This document shows positions 10,986 to 19,009 of a DNA stretch of 32,000 bases, piece after piece. A model generated the notes under the pieces. It made no database searches. It was not told the DNA's origin and was given only the letters and a program-made list of their open reading frames with translations. How positions within the stretch are numbered: the stretch's first letter is position 1; each line of letters begins with the position of its first letter. A program made the position numbers and the translations under genes. This DNA comes from Cupriavidus necator. GTDB lineage: Bacteria; Pseudomonadota; Gammaproteobacteria; Burkholderiales; Burkholderiaceae. The stretch spans positions 750,001 through 782,000 of the forward strand of contig NZ_CP066018.1 in NCBI RefSeq assembly GCF_016127575.1. Direction: 5' to 3'.

Positions 10986-11384
10986 TCAGGCCAGCCCGGC
11001 CGGGGCCCGGTCGATGAAGCCGGTCATGCGCGCCAGCCGGCCATCGGCGGAAATCGTGGCGAAGTCGGTGCCGACCACCAGCGCCGGCTCTCCCGCCGGG
11101 GCCAGTTCCCACGTAAAGCGCAGGTGCTCGCCGTGCGCATCGACCGGGCTCACGCGGGTAAAGCGAAACCCGGGGAACTTCGTCTGCACCGCGACGATCA
11201 TCGCGTCGATGCCAGCATGGCCGTCCCCGCGCATCAGCGGATCGACATAGCTTGCCGATTCCGTCCACGCCAGCGCGATCAGCTCGCGCCGGCGCGCGGC
11301 ATCGGTCTCGTTCCAGGCGGCGAGGTAGCGGTCGGCAAGGGTGGTGGGATCGGCAGTGACTTGGGCTTGGATGGCGGCAGACAT
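10986..11384 (-). CDS. SnoaL-like / NTF2-fold protein
   Basis: 132 aa. ...LADRYLAAWNETDAARRRELIALAWTESASYVDPL... is typical of the SnoaL-like polyketide cyclase/NTF2 superfamily. AGGAG SD upstream. Confidence 0.7.
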   Translation of the reverse strand: MSAAIQAQVTADPTTLADRYLAAWNETDAARRRELIALAWTESASYVDPLMRGDGHAGIDAMIVAVQTKFPGFRFTRVSPVDAHGEHLRFTWELAPAGEPALVVGTDFATISADGRLARMTGFIDRAPAGLA

Positions 11385-11725
11385 GGCGTACTCCTGGTCT
11401 TGGTTGGGAATCCGTATAGCGGCCTCAGGTCAGGCCATGGCTGCATGATGGGCGCGGCGGGGCCGTGGCGCGATTACCCGTGAGGTTATGAACTGGCTTA
11501 CCCGCATGCCTGACGGTCCCTACCAAAAAATCGCCCCCAGCACCAGTGCCAAGATAGCCCCCAACCTGCCCCCTGTCCTGCCAATGGCCGCGTCCTTATC
11601 CTCGCTACATTGCCCCTACGCTGGGCGGCATTCCGTCCCCGCATCCGGGGCCGTGCCGCCCGGGCGCGCCGGGCAAGCCGCCTCCTCCCACCCAGACGCA
11701 CCGCCTTTTTGCATCGTTCTCGTCC

Positions 11726-14700
11726 ATGACGCCCCACACGGCCCCGCCGAGCCACCAGGCCGCCAACGACCATCCTGCCCCGCAGCGCCGCTGGCTGCCC
11801 TTGCTGCTGGCCGGCGCCGGCTATTTCGTGCTGGCGGCGGCTGCGCTGTGGCTGGCGCGGCTGCCCGGTACCGTGGCGGCGGTGTGGCTGCCCAACGCCT
11901 TCGGGCTGGGCCTGCTGCTGCACCGGCCGCGCGCGGAGGGACCGTGGCTGCTGGCCGGCATGCTGGGCGCCAGCGTGCTGGCCAACCATGCGGCCGGCGA
12001 CAGCGTCGCCACCGCGCTGATGCTGACCGGCGCCAACCTGGCCGAGATGCTGTTCGCGCTCGGGCTGCTGCGCCTGCTGGACCGGCATGCCGTCCTGGGG
12101 CGCCACGGTCCGCTGGCCGCCTTCGCGGTGATGCTGGCGGTGGGCGGCATCCTGGCGCCGGCACTGGGGGCCACCGCCGGCGCCATGGCCATCGCCGCGA
12201 CCCATGGCACCAGCTTCGCCTCGGTCTGGTGGACGTGGTGGCAGGCCGACGCGCTCGGCATGGCGCTGTTGCTGCCGATGATGTTGTCGATGACGGAGGT
12301 GCGCGTGCGCGCCGCCGTCGCGCGGCCGGTGCTGGCGCCGCAGGCGGGCGCGCTGGCGCTGTGCCTGGCCATCGGCGCCTTTGCGCAGTGGCAGAGCCAT
12401 GACCCGTTTGCCGCGATGTCGCTGCCGCTGGTGCTGGTGGCGCTGGCCGGCAATCCGTTTGCGACCGCGCTGCTGACGCTGGTGGCCACACTCTGCCTGC
12501 AGGCGCTGATGCTGCTCGCGCACCGCCATGAAGCAGTGCCGCTGTCGGCGGCGGTGATCATGGTGTTCCCGGTCTGCATCGCCTACCTGACCGAGCAGAA
12601 CCGGCACGGCCGCGCCAGCCTGCGCAGCAGCGACAAGCGCTTTCGCCAGGCCATGGAGCATTCAGCCATCGGCATGGCGCTGGTCGGCATGGACGGCCGC
12701 TGCCAGACGGTGAACCGCGCCATGACCGAGCTGCTGGGCTACAGCGCGGCCGAGCTGCACGAGCTGAGCTACCAGCAGCTGACCCACCCCGACGACCTGA
12801 CCGGCGACCTGCGCCAGGTCGACAACCTGCTGTCCGGCAAGATCGAGTCCTACCGCCTGGAAAAGCGCTACCGCCATAAGGACGGCCATTACCGCTGGGT
12901 TCTGCTGGCGGTGTCGCTGGTGCGCGACGAACAGACCGGCGAGCCGCAGCACTTCATCACCCAGGTGGAAGACATCCACGCGCGCAAGCTGGCGCAGCAA
13001 GAGCTGGAACGGCTGTCACGCCGCATCCAGCTGGCGGCTGAAGCCGGCGGCGTGGGCATCTGGGAGTGGGACTTCACCAGCGCCGGCGTCACCTGGGATG
13101 CGCGCATGCATGCGCTGCACGGCACCGACCCCGCGGGCGGCACGCCAGTGGTGGAGCAATGGATCGCGATGCTGCATCCGGACGACGTCAGCCGCGTCAG
13201 CGGCGAGATGCGCCAAGCCATCCGTGGCGAGGCGCCGTTCGATACCGAATACCGCATCGCACGCCCCGGCGGCGACGTGCGCCACGTGCGCGCGATGGCC
13301 ATGGTCACGCGCACCGACGATGGCACCGCGCAGGCCCTGGTCGGCACCAACTGGGACATCACCGAGCAGCGGCGCCTGACCGAGGCGCTGTTCGAAGAGA
13401 AGGAACGCCTGCACATCACGCTGCGCTCGATCGGCGATGCGGTGATCTGCACCGATGCGGCCATGCACGTGACCTTCATGAACCCGATCGCCGAACAGCT
13501 GACCGGCTGGACCATGGCCAGCGCCACCGGCCTGCCGCTGGAGCAGGTCTTCCGCATCGTCGACGAAGCCACCGGCGACCCCATCCCCAGCCCGGTCGAA
13601 GCCTGCCTGCGCACGCTCGCGCCGGCTTACCTGCAGGACGGCGCCGTGCTGCAGAGCCTGACCGGCGAGCGCCACGACGTGCAGGACTCGGCCGCTCCCG
13701 TGCTGACCGCGCGCGGCGAGGTGCTGGGCGCGGTGCTGGTGTTCCAGGACATCACCACCGCGCGCGCGCTGCAGCGCGAGCTGGCGCGTTCGGCCATGCA
13801 CGATGCGCTCACTGGCCTGCCCAACCGCACCTGGTTCGAGAAGCGCCTGCGCGAAGCCTGCGACGCGGCGCGGCTGCACGGCCACCGCGCCGCGCTGTGC
13901 TTCATCGACCTGGACCGCTTCAAGATCGTCAACGACACCGCCGGCCACGGCGCCGGCGACGTGCTGCTGCGCGAACTGGGCTACATGATCCGCAACCACG
14001 TGCGTCCCGACGACGTGCTGGCGCGCCTGGGCGGCGACGAGTTCGCGCTGCTGCTCAAGGACTGCACCGTCGACCAGGCCGAACAGGTCTGCCAGGGCGT
14101 GATCGACGCCATCCGCGGCCGCCGCTTCCCGTGGGAAGGACGCGTGTACGACATGGGCGCCAGCATCGGCATCGCCGCGATCGACCTGGACGTGCCCCCG
14201 GTCAGCGAACTGATGAGCCGCGCCGACGTGGCCTGCTACGCCGCCAAGGCCGCCGGCCGCAGCCGCGTCTCGGTCTACCGCCGCGACGAGAGCGATGCGC
14301 GCCGCCACCACCGCGAGCTGGAAGTCGCCGCCGGCATCCATTCGGCGCTGGAAGCGAACCGCTTCCGCCTGTTCGCGCAGGAGATCCGCGCACTGCAGCC
14401 GGAGGAGAACGAAGACGGCGCCGAACACTGCCATATCGAGATCCTGGTGCGCATGGTCGACGAGCACGGCGATCTGATCATGCCCGGTGCCTTCATTCCC
14501 GCCGCCGAGCGCTACGACCTGATGGGCCACGTCGACCGCTGGGTCATCCGCAACGTGCTGCGCGGCTACGGCGAACGCCTGGGCGCCGTGCCCGGGCTGT
14601 CGGTATCGATCAACCTGTCCGCCAACTCGCTCGGCGAGCCCTTCCTGCTGCCCTTCCTGCATGCAGAGCTGGAGGCCAGTGCGCTGCCCGCCAGCCGCAT

Positions 14701-15124
14701 CCGGCTGGAGATCACGGAAACCGCGCTGATCAACAATATGGCCGCGGCCAACCGGCTGGTGACGGAGATGCGGCGCGCCGGCTGCACCGTGTCGCTGGAC
14801 GACTTCGGCTCGGGCCTGTCGTCGTTTGCCTACCTGAAGCAGTTCCCGGTGGACTTCCTGAAGATCGACGGCAGCTTCATCCGGCAACTGGCCGACAACG
14901 CGGTCGACCGCGAGATCGTCAGCTCGATCAACGACATCGGGCACCGGCTGGGGGTGCGCACGGTGGCGGAGTGGGTGGAGGATGAACGCACCCTCGATGC
15001 GCTGCGCGCGATCGGGGTGGACTATGCGCAGGGGTATGTGATCGGGCGTCCGGTGGCGCTGGATGTGTTCCTTGCCGGATGCCGGCAGCGTGACGCGCAG
15101 GCCTCCCAGGCCGCCGGGTCGTGA
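11726..15124 (+). CDS. Sensor diguanylate cyclase/phosphodiesterase: MASE1 membrane domain, three PAS domains, GGDEF, EAL
   Basis: 1132 aa. The N-terminal ~290 aa are polytopic and MASE1-like. There are three PAS/PAC-like repeats. GGDEF lies at 14030..14044 (residues 769-773), with an RxxD I-site (RPDD, 14003..14014) five residues upstream. EAL-domain motifs: EIL (14438..14446) in place of EAL, DDFGSGLSSFAYLK, KIDGSFI, EWVE, QGY. Confidence 0.93.
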   Translation: MTPHTAPPSHQAANDHPAPQRRWLPLLLAGAGYFVLAAAALWLARLPGTVAAVWLPNAFGLGLLLHRPRAEGPWLLAGMLGASVLANHAAGDSVATALMLTGANLAEMLFALGLLRLLDRHAVLGRHGPLAAFAVMLAVGGILAPALGATAGAMAIAATHGTSFASVWWTWWQADALGMALLLPMMLSMTEVRVRAAVARPVLAPQAGALALCLAIGAFAQWQSHDPFAAMSLPLVLVALAGNPFATALLTLVATLCLQALMLLAHRHEAVPLSAAVIMVFPVCIAYLTEQNRHGRASLRSSDKRFRQAMEHSAIGMALVGMDGRCQTVNRAMTELLGYSAAELHELSYQQLTHPDDLTGDLRQVDNLLSGKIESYRLEKRYRHKDGHYRWVLLAVSLVRDEQTGEPQHFITQVEDIHARKLAQQELERLSRRIQLAAEAGGVGIWEWDFTSAGVTWDARMHALHGTDPAGGTPVVEQWIAMLHPDDVSRVSGEMRQAIRGEAPFDTEYRIARPGGDVRHVRAMAMVTRTDDGTAQALVGTNWDITEQRRLTEALFEEKERLHITLRSIGDAVICTDAAMHVTFMNPIAEQLTGWTMASATGLPLEQVFRIVDEATGDPIPSPVEACLRTLAPAYLQDGAVLQSLTGERHDVQDSAAPVLTARGEVLGAVLVFQDITTARALQRELARSAMHDALTGLPNRTWFEKRLREACDAARLHGHRAALCFIDLDRFKIVNDTAGHGAGDVLLRELGYMIRNHVRPDDVLARLGGDEFALLLKDCTVDQAEQVCQGVIDAIRGRRFPWEGRVYDMGASIGIAAIDLDVPPVSELMSRADVACYAAKAAGRSRVSVYRRDESDARRHHRELEVAAGIHSALEANRFRLFAQEIRALQPEENEDGAEHCHIEILVRMVDEHGDLIMPGAFIPAAERYDLMGHVDRWVIRNVLRGYGERLGAVPGLSVSINLSANSLGEPFLLPFLHAELEASALPASRIRLEITETALINNMAAANRLVTEMRRAGCTVSLDDFGSGLSSFAYLKQFPVDFLKIDGSFIRQLADNAVDREIVSSINDIGHRLGVRTVAEWVEDERTLDALRAIGVDYAQGYVIGRPVALDVFLAGCRQRDAQASQAAGS

Positions 15125-15244
15125 TTAGATCCGGCGCCAGTCACGAGGCCAGATGTCCGCCCTCCCCGGTGCTCCGCTTCCATTGTGACTAAAACGCCGT
15201 ATTGAGGCTCATCCGTCCTACGGGATTACACCGATTCATACATG

Positions 15245-15258
15245 CCTGTATATACAGG
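15245..15258. promoter_or_regulatory. Probable HutC operator
   Basis: Perfect 14-bp palindrome CCTGTATATACAGG, 67 nt upstream of the hutU start. Its core TGTA-TA-TACA fits the TGTA-N2-TACA HutC site reported for Pseudomonas. It is flanked by the direct repeat ATACATGCCT (15238..15247 and 15262..15271). Confidence 0.6.
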
Positions 15259-15324
15259 ACTATACATGCCTATGCATCGCCAAAAAAAGCGAGCGTTCCC
15301 GACTGCACGACCGAAGGAGTTCCC

Positions 15325-17022
15325 GTGACCAAGACCACCACCAACCCCACGCGTTTCCGCGACACCGAAATCCGCGCCCCCCGCGGCACCACGCTGACGG
15401 CCAGGAGCTGGCTCACGGAAGCCCCGCTGCGCATGCTGATGAACAACCTCGACCCCGAGGTGGCGGAGAACCCGAAGGAACTGGTGGTCTATGGCGGCAT
15501 CGGCCGCGCCGCCCGCAACTGGGAATGCTATGACCGCATCGTGGAAGCGCTGACCCGCCTGGAAGACGACCAGACCCTGCTGGTGCAGTCGGGCAAGCCC
15601 GTGGGCGTGTTCCGCACCCATCGCGACGCGCCGCGCGTGCTGATCGCCAACTCCAACCTGGTGCCGCACTGGGCCAACTGGGAACACTTCAACGAACTCG
15701 ATGCAAAGGGCCTGGCCATGTATGGCCAGATGACCGCCGGCAGCTGGATATATATCGGCAGCCAGGGCATCGTGCAGGGCACCTATGAGACCTTCGTCGA
15801 AGCCGGCCGCCAGCATTTCGGCGGCAACCTGAAGGGCCGCTGGGTGCTGACCGCCGGCCTGGGCGGCATGGGCGGCGCGCAGCCGCTGGCCGCCACGCTG
15901 GCCGGCGCTTGTTCGCTCAATATCGAATGCCAGCAGAGCCGCATCGACTTCCGCCTGAAGACCCGCTATGTCGACGAGCAGGCCACCGACCTTGACGACG
16001 CACTGGCCCGCATCGACCGCTACACGTCGCAGGGCAAGGCGATCTCGATCGCGCTGTGCGCCAACGCCGCCGAGGTGCTGCCCGAGCTGGTGCGCCGCGG
16101 CGTGCGCCCGGACATGGTCACCGACCAGACCAGCGCGCATGACCCGCTCAACGGCTACCTGCCGGCCGGCTGGAGCTGGGACGAATACCGCGAGCGCGCG
16201 CAGCGCGAGCCGGCGGCGGTGGTCAAGGCCGCCAAGGCGTCGATGGCCGCGCATGTGCGCGCCATGCTGGCGTTCCAGCAGATGGGCGTGCCGACCTTCG
16301 ACTACGGCAACAATATCCGCCAGATGGCCAAGGAAGAAGGCGTGGCCAATGCCTTCGACTTCCCCGGCTTCGTGCCCGCGTACATCCGCCCGCTGTTCTG
16401 CCGCGGCATCGGCCCGTTCCGCTGGGCCGCGCTGTCGGGCGACCCGCAGGACATCTACAAGACCGACGCCAAGGTCAAGGAACTGATCCCCGATGACGAG
16501 CACCTGCACCGCTGGCTCGACATGGCGCGCGAGCGCATCAGCTTCCAGGGCCTGCCGGCGCGGATCTGCTGGGTGGGCCTGGGCCTGCGCGCCAAGCTGG
16601 GCCTGGCCTTCAACGAGATGGTGCGCAGCGGCGAGCTGTCGGCGCCGGTCGTGATCGGGCGCGACCACCTGGATTCGGGCTCGGTCGCCAGCCCCAACCG
16701 CGAGACCGAGGCCATGCAGGACGGCTCCGACGCCGTGTCCGACTGGCCGCTGCTGAACGCGCTGCTCAACACCGCCAGCGGCGCCACCTGGGTTTCGCTG
16801 CACCATGGCGGCGGCGTGGGCATGGGCTTCTCGCAGCATTCCGGCGTAGTGATCGTGTGCGACGGCACCGATGAAGCCGCCGCCCGCATCGCCCGCGTGC
16901 TGCACAACGACCCCGCCACCGGCGTGATGCGCCATGCCGACGCCGGCTACGAGATCGCCGTCGACTGCGCGCGCGAGCAGGGCCTGGACCTGCCGATGCT
17001 GAACCACGCATCGCGCGACTGA
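15325..17022 (+). CDS. hutU: Urocanate hydratase
   Basis: Track ORF 15202..17022 trimmed to GTG 15325, preceded by AAGGAG (15314..15319). 565 aa: [65 protein letters not shown]... NAD-site motif [10 protein letters not shown]. Confidence 0.95.
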   Translation: MTKTTTNPTRFRDTEIRAPRGTTLTARSWLTEAPLRMLMNNLDPEVAENPKELVVYGGIGRAARNWECYDRIVEALTRLEDDQTLLVQSGKPVGVFRTHRDAPRVLIANSNLVPHWANWEHFNELDAKGLAMYGQMTAGSWIYIGSQGIVQGTYETFVEAGRQHFGGNLKGRWVLTAGLGGMGGAQPLAATLAGACSLNIECQQSRIDFRLKTRYVDEQATDLDDALARIDRYTSQGKAISIALCANAAEVLPELVRRGVRPDMVTDQTSAHDPLNGYLPAGWSWDEYRERAQREPAAVVKAAKASMAAHVRAMLAFQQMGVPTFDYGNNIRQMAKEEGVANAFDFPGFVPAYIRPLFCRGIGPFRWAALSGDPQDIYKTDAKVKELIPDDEHLHRWLDMARERISFQGLPARICWVGLGLRAKLGLAFNEMVRSGELSAPVVIGRDHLDSGSVASPNRETEAMQDGSDAVSDWPLLNALLNTASGATWVSLHHGGGVGMGFSQHSGVVIVCDGTDEAAARIARVLHNDPATGVMRHADAGYEIAVDCAREQGLDLPMLNHASRD

Positions 17023-17104
17023 TCCCGCGGCCAGCAAGAGCCGTTCTGCCGCCGGGCCGCCGCGTGCGCCCCGGCCGGCGCCTTATCGTTTTACGGAGAC
17101 ACCC

Positions 17105-18403
17105 ATGTCCATCGACACCACCGCCGGCGTGGCGGTCGCTGCGCCCCAGGCGCAACTGTCACGCACGCGCGCCATTGCCGCCATTACCATCGGCAATGGC
17201 CTGGAGTTCTATGATTTCGTCGTCTACAGCTTCTTTGCCACGCTGATCGGCCGGCTCTACTTTCCGGTCGACAACCCTACCGGGCAACTGCTGATGTCGT
17301 TCGCCACCTTTGGCGTCGGCTTCCTGATGCGCCCGCTGGGCGGCCTGCTGATCGGCATGTATGCCGACCGCGCCGGGCGCAAGCCGGCGGTGGCGCTGAC
17401 CTTGTGGCTGATGGGGCTGAGCTCGCTGATCTTCGTGGTGACGCCGCCGTACGCGCAGATCGGCATCCTCGCGCCGGTGCTGGTGGTGGTGGCGCGGCTG
17501 GTGCAGGGCTTTGCCATCGGCGGCGAGATGGGCGCATCGACCGCGCTGCTGCTGGAATACGCCGATGACCGCACGCGCGGCTTCTATACCGCATGGCAGC
17601 CGTTCAGCCAGGGCCTGGCGGCGCTGCTGGGCGCGATCACCGGCCTGGTGCTGAGCAACGTGCTGGCGCCGGCCGAGCTGGAAGCCTGGGGCTGGCGCCT
17701 CGCCTTCCTGATCGGCATCCTGGTGATCCCGGTCGGCCTGGTGATCCGCCGCCGGCTGGAAGAAACCGCCGCGCCCGTGCGCCACGGCGAGCACGCCGCG
17801 CAATGGCCGCTGCTGCGCCGCCATGGCCGCGAGATCATCGCCAGCATCCTGCTGATGATCGGCCTGGCCTCTTCGACCTATATCGTCGTGTACTACCTCA
17901 GCAACTACGCGGTCAGCGTGCTGAAGATGCCGCTGTCGCTGGGCATCTGGGCCGCGTGCGTGGCGGCGCTGGTGCAGGTGGCGCTGTCGCCGTTCGCGGG
18001 CTGGCTGGCTGACCGCATCGGCCGCAAGACCGTAGTGCTGTGGTCGCGCGTGGCGCTGCTGGCAATGGTCTACCCGGCCTTCGTGCTGATCAACGCCGAG
18101 CCGTCGCTCGCGCGCCTGCTGGTGGTGGTGGGCTGCCTGTCGGTGCCGATGTCGATGACCGCGCCGGCCTCGATGGTCCTGGTCAGCGAGGTGCTGCCGC
18201 AGCGGCTGCGCGCCACTGGGCTGTCGATCGCGTATTGCGTGGCGATCGCGATCTTCGGCGGCTTTGCGCAGTATTTTTCGACCCGGCTGATCCAGGTCAC
18301 CGGTGACGCCAATGCGCCCGCGCTGTATGTGATCGGCTGTGGCTTGGTATCGCTGATCGGCCTGGCAATGGTGCCGGAAACGCTGGGACGGCGGCTGAAA
18401 TGA
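17105..18403 (+). CDS. MFS transporter, metabolite:H+ symporter (MHS) type
   Basis: 432 aa with about 12 hydrophobic segments. GNGLEFYDFVVYSFFA and MRPLGGLLIGMYADRAGRK motifs are typical of MHS-family (KgtP/ProP/CitA-like) carriers. GGAG SD. 82 nt after hutU, so likely co-transcribed. Confidence 0.9.
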   Translation: MSIDTTAGVAVAAPQAQLSRTRAIAAITIGNGLEFYDFVVYSFFATLIGRLYFPVDNPTGQLLMSFATFGVGFLMRPLGGLLIGMYADRAGRKPAVALTLWLMGLSSLIFVVTPPYAQIGILAPVLVVVARLVQGFAIGGEMGASTALLLEYADDRTRGFYTAWQPFSQGLAALLGAITGLVLSNVLAPAELEAWGWRLAFLIGILVIPVGLVIRRRLEETAAPVRHGEHAAQWPLLRRHGREIIASILLMIGLASSTYIVVYYLSNYAVSVLKMPLSLGIWAACVAALVQVALSPFAGWLADRIGRKTVVLWSRVALLAMVYPAFVLINAEPSLARLLVVVGCLSVPMSMTAPASMVLVSEVLPQRLRATGLSIAYCVAIAIFGGFAQYFSTRLIQVTGDANAPALYVIGCGLVSLIGLAMVPETLGRRLK

Positions 18404-18465
18404 GTTCCCCGGCGCCTGCAAAGGGTGCTCCAAAGCCGCCCGAGCTAGCCTAAGCAAGGTGTTCT

Positions 18466-18489
18466 CCCTCTCCCCTCATGGGGAGAGGG
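18466..18489 (+). terminator. Hairpin downstream of the MFS gene (weak terminator or REP-type palindrome)
   Basis: CCCTCTCCCC, loop tcat, GGGGAGAGGG: a perfect 10-bp stem, followed by tGGTTTGG (poor U-tract). It lies 63 nt after the stop at 18403. The CCCTCTCC/GGAGAGGG type of palindrome recurs in Burkholderiales genomes (from memory). Confidence 0.4.
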
Positions 18490-18605
18490 TGGTTTGGCCA
18501 GGAACCACATCAAGCAAGGCCCTCGTTTTTTCCAGCCCTGTGACGCCGGCAAAGGCCCCACCTTCCCCCGCTGCCAGCACCTCAAAACCCCGGGTTAACA
18601 CCTAG

Positions 18606-18633
18606 AACGCCGTTCGGATTCCCGAACGGCGTT
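18606..18633. promoter_or_regulatory. Candidate upstream activator site 1 (DctD enhancer) for dctA; could also act as a terminator for read-through from upstream
   Basis: AACGCCGTTCGG-attc-CCGAACGGCGTT, with 12-bp perfect arms. It contains CGGATTCCCGAA (18615..18626) and is centred about 115 bp upstream of the -24 element. It is followed by TTTc. Confidence 0.5.
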
Positions 18634-18646
18634 TTCGCATGCCGGT

Positions 18647-18664
18647 CCGGATTCCCGAATCCGG
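18647..18664. promoter_or_regulatory. Candidate upstream activator site 2 (DctD enhancer) for dctA
   Basis: CCGGATTC-cc-GAATCCGG, with 8-bp arms. It contains the same 12-mer CGGATTCCCGAA (18648..18659), exactly 33 bp (about three helical turns) from the copy in site 1. Confidence 0.5.
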
Positions 18665-18693
18665 CGCCGGAATCACATCTTTTTCTCCTTTAT

Positions 18694-18706
18694 ATTCAAC
18701 AAGTTG
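18694..18706 (+). promoter_or_regulatory. IHF-like site between enhancer and sigma54 promoter
   Basis: ATTCAAcaagTTG against the consensus WATCAANNNNTTR, with one mismatch. It sits in a locally AT-rich stretch, positioned between the palindromes and the -24/-12 element. Confidence 0.35.
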
Positions 18707-18731
18707 CACAACTCCTGCAGCCCTTTCGGGC

Positions 18732-18747
18732 TGGCACGGCGCGTGCA
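18732..18747 (+). promoter_or_regulatory. Sigma54 (-24/-12) promoter of the dctA transcription unit
   Basis: TGGCACGgcgcgTGCA against the consensus TGGCACG-N4-TTGCW. GG (18733..18734) and GC (18745..18746) have the canonical spacing, and only the first T of TTGC differs. The cognate sigma54 activator gene dctD lies downstream. Confidence 0.75.
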
Positions 18748-18834
18748 ATATAGGCCGCCGCTTACAGCGCCAGACGGGTATGCCGGCACGCTGCCCGGCG
18801 TCCCGGCCGATGCCAAAAACAAAGGAGGACACAC

Positions 18835-18903
18835 ATGACCGACCCCGCCTTGCCCACCCCCTTCGCCACTCCGGCGAACCCACGGCACCTGTTGCCGCGC
18901 TGA
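18835..18903 (+). CDS. Candidate 22-aa leader/small ORF (MTDPALPTPFATPANPRHLLPR) upstream of dctA
   Basis: Not in the ORF track because it is too short. AAAGGAGGA (18821..18829) has its GGAGG 6 nt from ATG 18835. 22 sense codons, then TGA at 18901..18903. 19 of the 21 non-start codons end in G/C. It lies about 77 nt downstream of the predicted sigma54 transcription start. Confidence 0.35.
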   Translation: MTDPALPTPFATPANPRHLLPR

Positions 18904-19009
18904 ACCACGACAAGGCCGGCCTGGCGCCCCGACATCGCCGCCCAGCCTTCCCGCAATACACAGACGCCCGTCCCTGCCACAGGGGACGGACGCACAGGCC
19001 TGATCCACG

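Noticed and set aside
13016-14944. 642-aa minus-strand and 639-aa plus-strand (13066..14985) alternative-frame ORFs
   Set aside because: Both overlap the GGDEF-EAL gene, whose frame carries all the PAS, GGDEF and EAL motifs. The alternatives are Arg/Pro/Gly-rich shadows.
15226-17037. 603-aa minus-strand ORF antisense to hutU. Similar cases: 17159..18457 antisense to the MFS gene, 18602..20482 antisense to dctA, 29369..30586 antisense to the AI-2E gene
   Set aside because: In each case the opposite strand encodes a protein with unmistakable family motifs. The antisense translations are low-complexity and lack motifs.
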